Shown here in pieces: positions 58,607-64,000 of a stretch of 64,000 nucleotides of DNA. Origin of the DNA: an uncultured Nitrososphaerales archaeon. Its GTDB lineage: Archaea > Thermoproteota > Nitrososphaeria > Nitrososphaerales > JACAEJ01. Made by a program: the position numbers and the translations under genes. Positions within the stretch are counted from its first letter, which is position 1. Every line of letters starts with the position of its first letter. The notes beneath the pieces are model-generated. The model ran no database searches. It had not been told where the DNA came from and saw only the letters and a program-made list of their open reading frames with translations. Location: the NCBI GenBank assembly GCA_938091495.1, contig CALLJF010000012.1, positions 32,154 through 96,153 on the forward strand, in the 5' to 3' direction.

Positions 58607-60955
58607 ATGAATTTCGTTTCAAAGATAAGGGAGAAAAGATGGAATCCGAGTTTAGAAGAAAAGATCTTTGAGAAATGGCAAAAGGATGGCATATTCCATT
58701 TCAATGAGAAAAGTAGAAAGCCTTTGTTCAGCATAGATACCCCCCCGCCCTATGTCAATACTCCTGTTCATATTGGGCATGCATACACTTACGTATGGAT
58801 GGATGTGATGGCAAGGTACAAGAGGATGCTAGGGTATAGTGTTCTATTCCCTATGGGTCTGGATAAAAATGGATTGCCTATAGAGGTTCAGACAGAAAGA
58901 GAGTTCAACATTAGGATGAGTGATATACCTCGTCAAGATTTCATAGAAAAATGCAGAACGTTACTTAAAAAATATGGAGACATATCTTTGGATACTTTCA
59001 AAAAATTAGGCTTAAGCTGCAATTCATGGGATAAAAAGTACGAATTAGGAGGTAGATACGATACGGACGATCCTGAGTACAGAAGGCTTACTCAAGAGAC
59101 TTTCATCCATCTTTGGAAGAAGGGTCTAATTTATGAGGGAATAAAGACCATGAACTACTGCCCAGTCTGCAAAACAGCCATATCTGATGCTGAGGTAGAA
59201 TATGTTGAAGATTATACAGATCTAAACTACATAAGATTCAAAGTAAAAGAGAGTCAAGAAGATGTAATCATAGCAACGACAAGACCTGAGTTGCTTTGCG
59301 CTTGTAAATTGGTACTCTTCAACCCTAGCGATGATAGATATGAAAAACTAGAAAATATGCACGCTATTGTCCCAATTTATAACAACGAAGTTAAGATAAT
59401 CGCTCATCCTTACGCAAAGCCTGAGTTCGGCACCGGATTGGTGATGATATGTAGTTATGGAGATTATGGCGACGTAAGGCTTCTTAGAGAACTTAACATA
59501 GAACCAACTTATGCTATAGACAAAGAAGGTAAGATGAACGAAAATGCAGGAAAGTATGCTGGTTTAAGTGTCTCAAAGGCTAGAGAGCAGATTGTAAAGG
59601 ATTTAGAGAGCGCGGGTCTATTAGTAAAGAAGGAGAGTATAAAGCATAGAATGCCAATTTGTGAACGCTCCAAAGACCCTATAGAATTCATAGCTATGAA
59701 TGAGATTTATCTGAAGCAAGTAGATTACAAGGACGAAATTCGAAAGATGGCTGATGAGATGAGTTTCTATGCACAAGAGAGTAAGCAGATTCTGATAGAC
59801 TGGATTGATTCAATAAGCACAGACTGGGTAATATCACGCAGAAGATATTATGGTACAGAGATTCCTCTGTGGTACTGTAAGAATTGTGGCAATGTTATTT
59901 TACCGGAACCAGGCAAATATTATCAGCCTTGGAAAGATAGATGCCCAATCAATAAATGCCCAAGATGTAGTGGTGAAGAATTCGAAGGGGAAGAGAGAAT
60001 CTTTGATACTTGGTTCGATTCTAGCACATCAGAAGTCTATATTCTGGGCTATCTTTGGGATAAAAAATTCTTTAATAAAAAATTCCCGTGCAGTATGAGA
60101 CCCCAAGGAAAAGAAATAGTTAGAAACTGGCTTTATTTCACTCTTTTGAAATCCTATCACTTATTTGGGAAGAAGCCTTTTGAAAACGTTTGGGTACACA
60201 TGCACGTAGTAGATGAGAAAGGAGAGAAGATGAGCAAGAGCAAGGGTAACATAATAGATCCCCAAGATGTGATCAAAAAATTCGGTGCTGAAGGTTTCAG
60301 AATATGGGCTTGTTTAGAAGGAGATATAACCAAAGGCGATATAAGATGCTCCTTTGAGAGGATAGAAGGGCATGCAAAATTCATAACAAAACTTTGGAAT
60401 ATTGCAAGGTTCGTTTCCACTTTCCCAAGAGTCAACGCAAAACCTCAAGATACTGATAAATGGATTCTAGGAGAGCTATCGAGGCTAATAGAAGATGTGA
60501 AAAAGAGTTATGACAGATATGCCTTCAATGATGTTGCAACTTTGATCAGAAACTTCACCTGGAATTTATTTGCATCAAATTACATCGAGATGGTGAAGGC
60601 AAGAGCTTACGGTCAAGAGTTTTCAAAAGAAGAGCAGAAAGCATCATGGTTTACATTGAACGAGTGTTTAAGAAACGTTCTTTTATTATTAGCTCCAATA
60701 ATGCCCTTTTTTACTGAGCATGTATGGTCTACAATCTATGGTGGAAAGAGCATCCATCTTAAAAAATTTCCAAAAGCAAAGTGGGATAAGAGCTTAAATC
60801 GACTAACACAAAAACTCATAGATTTCAATTCGTTCTTATGGAATAAGAAGAAAGAGGAAGGATTGTCTTTAAAGGACCCCATCAAGATTATGGTGCCAGA
60901 GAATCTCATGATTTTCTATAAAGATTTGAAAGCCATGCATAACATTATCGATTGA
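58607..60955 (+). CDS. valS: Valyl-tRNA synthetase
   Basis: DTPPP..HIGH, ATTRPE, DWVISR, DTWFDSS, KMSKSKGN. Confidence 0.96.
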   Translation: MNFVSKIREKRWNPSLEEKIFEKWQKDGIFHFNEKSRKPLFSIDTPPPYVNTPVHIGHAYTYVWMDVMARYKRMLGYSVLFPMGLDKNGLPIEVQTEREFNIRMSDIPRQDFIEKCRTLLKKYGDISLDTFKKLGLSCNSWDKKYELGGRYDTDDPEYRRLTQETFIHLWKKGLIYEGIKTMNYCPVCKTAISDAEVEYVEDYTDLNYIRFKVKESQEDVIIATTRPELLCACKLVLFNPSDDRYEKLENMHAIVPIYNNEVKIIAHPYAKPEFGTGLVMICSYGDYGDVRLLRELNIEPTYAIDKEGKMNENAGKYAGLSVSKAREQIVKDLESAGLLVKKESIKHRMPICERSKDPIEFIAMNEIYLKQVDYKDEIRKMADEMSFYAQESKQILIDWIDSISTDWVISRRRYYGTEIPLWYCKNCGNVILPEPGKYYQPWKDRCPINKCPRCSGEEFEGEERIFDTWFDSSTSEVYILGYLWDKKFFNKKFPCSMRPQGKEIVRNWLYFTLLKSYHLFGKKPFENVWVHMHVVDEKGEKMSKSKGNIIDPQDVIKKFGAEGFRIWACLEGDITKGDIRCSFERIEGHAKFITKLWNIARFVSTFPRVNAKPQDTDKWILGELSRLIEDVKKSYDRYAFNDVATLIRNFTWNLFASNYIEMVKARAYGQEFSKEEQKASWFTLNECLRNVLLLLAPIMPFFTEHVWSTIYGGKSIHLKKFPKAKWDKSLNRLTQKLIDFNSFLWNKKKEEGLSLKDPIKIMVPENLMIFYKDLKAMHNIID

Positions 60956-61021
60956 AAAAACAAATTTTCACAAATTAGAGGAAGCTTTTTAACCTCTATC
61001 TTTTATCAGTCCATAGGCTAA

Positions 61022-63178
61022 TTGAAGCTCCCTAAGATCAAGATTTCAGCCTTAAAGCAAGTAGTAACGAAGCCCAAGGTAAAAAGGCGCACCTTACTGA
61101 TATCTCTAATACTCATAGTATCCTTCTCATCCGCTTTAATTATAAGAATGGCTCCTGCAAATTATGGCTTTTATCTGAACGAATTTGACCCTTATTTTGA
61201 TTATTATGCTACTAATTTCATTGTGAACAACGCTGAAAAATATGGATTAGGAGTTGTTTTATCAGATAATCCAAACATCAACTACTTTTTATGGCATGAC
61301 TATATGACTTGGTACCCAGAAGGCCGCGATGTAGCAGCTACATCTCAAGGAGGGTTACACTTTGCTGGAGCAATACTATTCTTACTCTTCAAGGATTTTT
61401 TTGGAATAAACATTTCCCTTTACGATTTTCTTGTTTTATTTCCAGTCTTCTTTGGGGCGTTAACGGTTTTTGCAATATTCCTTCTCACAAGGAGAATCGC
61501 AGGAACTACTGCGGGTCTTCTTGCCTCTTTGATAGTGGCCTTCTCCCCCCCTTTGATACAAAGGGGGAACCTTGGCTGGTTTAAGTCAGAGCCCTTTGCA
61601 TTATTCTTGACAGTCCTTTCAGCTTATTTCTTCCTAACTATATTCAGCCCGAAGGTAAAAAAGGCAGGCCTTGTCTGGAGAGCTATAGCATCTGGAATTT
61701 TGCTAGGTTATGCAAGTGCGTCTTGGGGAGGAGTTCAGTACTTCAACGGTGTAATGGGATTAGTTTTTCTAATTGCTCCTTTTCTTGATGTCGATCTAAA
61801 GAGAGTAATATATTCTGGTAGCATTTTCATTGCATCAGACCTTATAGTAGCCTCTGCCTTTCCAAGGCCTGGGCCTGGCATAATACTCTCTTCAGGTCTT
61901 GTCCTACTCGCTGGTCTTGCCTTTGCCATGATGGGTCTTTATGTGAAGAGTGTAACGGAGCCAAAGAATCATAGAAAAGCCCTCATAATATCCTTGGTAG
62001 CTTTCGCTTTACTTGGTCTATTTGTCGTCAGTACTGGCTTGATACCAAGTATTAGCGGCAGATACCTTACAGCAATATTCCCATTCCAAAGAACTGCGGA
62101 TCCTTTAGTAGAATCGGTGGCTGAGCACCAAACCTCAGCTGGCGTCTATTTCTTCACCTCGTTCTGGATTCTAATCTTCTTAGGCGTTTTCGGAGCTTTT
62201 ATGATGTTAAAGAAGAAGACCATATTCTCAGCCTATGCTTTGATTCTAGGAATTACCTCACTCTATGTAGCATCATCCTTTTCTAGGCTCATGGTATATG
62301 CTTCCATAGCCTTTTCTATACTTGCGGGTATAGGTTTCAGTGAACTATCATTCTCTCTGCTTAAGCCTGTGGCACCCATAACAAAAAGGAAGATAAAAGC
62401 CTATGCATTAAGGCCTGAGGTAAAGGTTTTCTCTGCCATCTTTATCATAGCCCTTCTAGCATCTGCCAACTATTATTGGTTACCACAGTATGATGCACCT
62501 GTCTCCATAGTCATCTCAGGTTTGCAGTATGATCCAGGCTTTGCTGTACCAGATTGGCTAGAAGCATTAACATGGATAAGAGAAAATACTCCTGAGAACG
62601 CTGTAATAATAGCATGGTGGGATTATGGCTACTGGATAACCGTAATGGGAAATAGGACTAGCTTGGCTGATAACGCAACGATAAACTCTACCAGGATACA
62701 AGAGATAGGGAGGCTATTCTTGTCGAATGAAACCGAGGCTAAAGGGATCATCAAAGAACTTGTAGGGGATAGACCAGCATACATAGCTGTTCTTTTCTCT
62801 GCCACTAGGTATCAAAACTTGGTATTGATAGGAGGAATTTCGCCTTACCTTTTGAATCTGGGTGGGGATGAAGGAAAGATTAACTGGTTTGCCGCCATAC
62901 CTCGCCTTAACGTTTCTCAGTTCGTAGATGATAATGGACTACCAACCGAATACTTCTGGAATAGCACAATACTAGGAAAGATGTTCCCAATGGATTACGA
63001 TAAGACTAGTTCGGATAACTACAAGACTCAACTTGGAATTCCAGCTAACTTTCCAGCCCAGATAGGCAACTACACCATAAAGTATCAAGATAGTGGCAGT
63101 CTTTTGAAGCTTTCTTTTGCCTCTTCATTCAATAGCTATGCCCAAGTTTTAATCTATCAGGTCATAGAGCAAAGTTAA
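61022..63178 (+). CDS. aglB: Oligosaccharyltransferase AglB (STT3)
   Basis: EFDPY, SVAEH, WWDYG, DNAT motifs; many TM helices. Confidence 0.95.
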   Translation: MKLPKIKISALKQVVTKPKVKRRTLLISLILIVSFSSALIIRMAPANYGFYLNEFDPYFDYYATNFIVNNAEKYGLGVVLSDNPNINYFLWHDYMTWYPEGRDVAATSQGGLHFAGAILFLLFKDFFGINISLYDFLVLFPVFFGALTVFAIFLLTRRIAGTTAGLLASLIVAFSPPLIQRGNLGWFKSEPFALFLTVLSAYFFLTIFSPKVKKAGLVWRAIASGILLGYASASWGGVQYFNGVMGLVFLIAPFLDVDLKRVIYSGSIFIASDLIVASAFPRPGPGIILSSGLVLLAGLAFAMMGLYVKSVTEPKNHRKALIISLVAFALLGLFVVSTGLIPSISGRYLTAIFPFQRTADPLVESVAEHQTSAGVYFFTSFWILIFLGVFGAFMMLKKKTIFSAYALILGITSLYVASSFSRLMVYASIAFSILAGIGFSELSFSLLKPVAPITKRKIKAYALRPEVKVFSAIFIIALLASANYYWLPQYDAPVSIVISGLQYDPGFAVPDWLEALTWIRENTPENAVIIAWWDYGYWITVMGNRTSLADNATINSTRIQEIGRLFLSNETEAKGIIKELVGDRPAYIAVLFSATRYQNLVLIGGISPYLLNLGGDEGKINWFAAIPRLNVSQFVDDNGLPTEYFWNSTILGKMFPMDYDKTSSDNYKTQLGIPANFPAQIGNYTIKYQDSGSLLKLSFASSFNSYAQVLIYQVIEQS

Positions 63179-63264
63179 ACCTAAGGAGATTTTTACTTAA
63201 CCTTTTCATACATACATCTTTAAATTTGAGCAAAAAATTTCTATAACAAAGGGTCTAATCGTTC

Positions 63265-63726
63265 ATGAGCAAGGAAGAAGAGATTTCAATAAGAGACATG
63301 ACTCTAGATGATCTACCGAGAGTTTTTCATATCGGAGAAGAGATCTTCACTAGCGAAAGATTCCCTCTGATGTATAGAACTTGGGATCAATTTGAGATAG
63401 CCTCTTTATACACTACTGATGCAGAATTTTGTGTTGTGGCTGAAAGGAACAAAAAAGTAATTGGATTTGTAATGGCTACTACAATAAGGAAACCACGATC
63501 AGCTTGGAAGTATGGATACGTGGTCTGGCTGGGCGTGAAGAGAAGGTATCATAGGCATGGAATTGGCGAAAGATTGTATAGAGAAGTAGAGAGAAGATTG
63601 GAACAAGCAGGAATAAGGATGATGATAGTGGACATTGAGCAAGGGAATGATGAAGCCTTAAACTTCTTTGAAAAGATGGGCTTTAATACAAAAAAAGAGT
63701 TTATTTGGATGACAAAGACTCTATAA
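63265..63726 (+). CDS. GNAT-family N-acetyltransferase
   Basis: V....HRHGIG motif A, N..A..FFEKMGF. Confidence 0.9.
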   Translation: MSKEEEISIRDMTLDDLPRVFHIGEEIFTSERFPLMYRTWDQFEIASLYTTDAEFCVVAERNKKVIGFVMATTIRKPRSAWKYGYVVWLGVKRRYHRHGIGERLYREVERRLEQAGIRMMIVDIEQGNDEALNFFEKMGFNTKKEFIWMTKTL

Positions 63727-63735
63727 AAGAGTGTT

Positions 63736-63903
63736 TTATTCGTTCTTTTCTAAATACCTATCTCTGACTCTATATCTAGCATATCTGTCATCAGGAGAAA
63801 ACTTGGCAGGATGAGGAGAAATAGTTTCGCTACCACATTTAGGGCATTGCTTTTTTAATGTATAAATGCTACAATTTGGACATTTCCTCAACAATTTCTC
63901 CAA
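63736..63903 (-). CDS. nop10: H/ACA RNP protein Nop10
   Basis: Manual translation (M)[44 protein letters not shown]... Confidence 0.95.
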   Translation of the reverse strand: MEKLLRKCPNCSIYTLKKQCPKCGSETISPHPAKFSPDDRYARYRVRDRYLEKNE

Positions 63904-63908
63904 AGGCA

Positions 63909-64000
63909 TCATCCTTCTTTCTTAAAAGAAAAGCTCCCTCCCTTCTTTTCCATGCTTTCCTTTACTTTTTGAGTAACTAACTCTAATGCTTTCTCTGCTA
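63909..64000 (-). CDS. eif2a: 3' end of translation initiation factor aIF-2 alpha (partial)
   Basis: [29 protein letters not shown] immediately upstream of nop10, matching the conserved aIF2alpha-nop10 order. Confidence 0.75.
   Translation of the reverse strand, partial: AEKALELVTQKVKESMEKKGGSFSFKKEG

Noticed and set aside
965..61929. Many 60-170-aa antisense or alternate-frame ORFs inside housekeeping genes (e.g. 40733-41224, 50199-50708, 55140-55628, 11330-11737)
   Set aside because: Shadows of real genes with no recognisable motifs.
1..64000. CRISPR array, rRNA or prophage genes
   Set aside because: No regularly spaced repeats, rRNA-like GC-rich tracts or viral hallmark genes were seen.

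Overview
A 64-kb, AT-rich archaeal chromosomal segment. EF-1alpha, Top6A/B, aIF-1A/Rio1/Dim2, AglB and aRF1 look most like a basal Nitrososphaerota/TACK lineage (inference from recalled sequence families). Most of it is housekeeping: tuf, argS, hisS, metG plus a separate tRNA-binding domain, valS, aRF1, aIF-1A, aIF-2beta, the aIF-2alpha 3' end, nop10, rpl40e, alba and top6A/B, and an RFC small subunit carrying a 446-aa Ser-initiated LAGLIDADG intein. Metabolic genes include thrC, a cysteine synthase, serB, ahcY, mtnP, a MetE-like protein, a PEPCK-like protein, two ThiC-family paralogs, sufC/sufB and a hypE-C-F-D-A-B(Mrp-type) [NiFe]-hydrogenase maturation cluster. There are five tRNAs; three carry two or more short introns, mostly at non-canonical positions. 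Most interesting signals: (1) very frequent TTG starts plus two conserved genes whose N-termini appear to need ACG (TRAM) or ATA (tRNA-binding protein) initiation; (2) a small accessory island at about 9.9-12.9 kb where three progressively decayed copies of a zinc-ribbon gene 5' end bracket a RelE-type toxin-antitoxin module and a coiled-coil gene; (3) an apparent inversion splitting top6B from top6A; (4) many pseudogenes collapsed by large internal deletions; (5) a degenerate PRTase divergent from mtnP. No CRISPR array, rRNA or transposase was seen.
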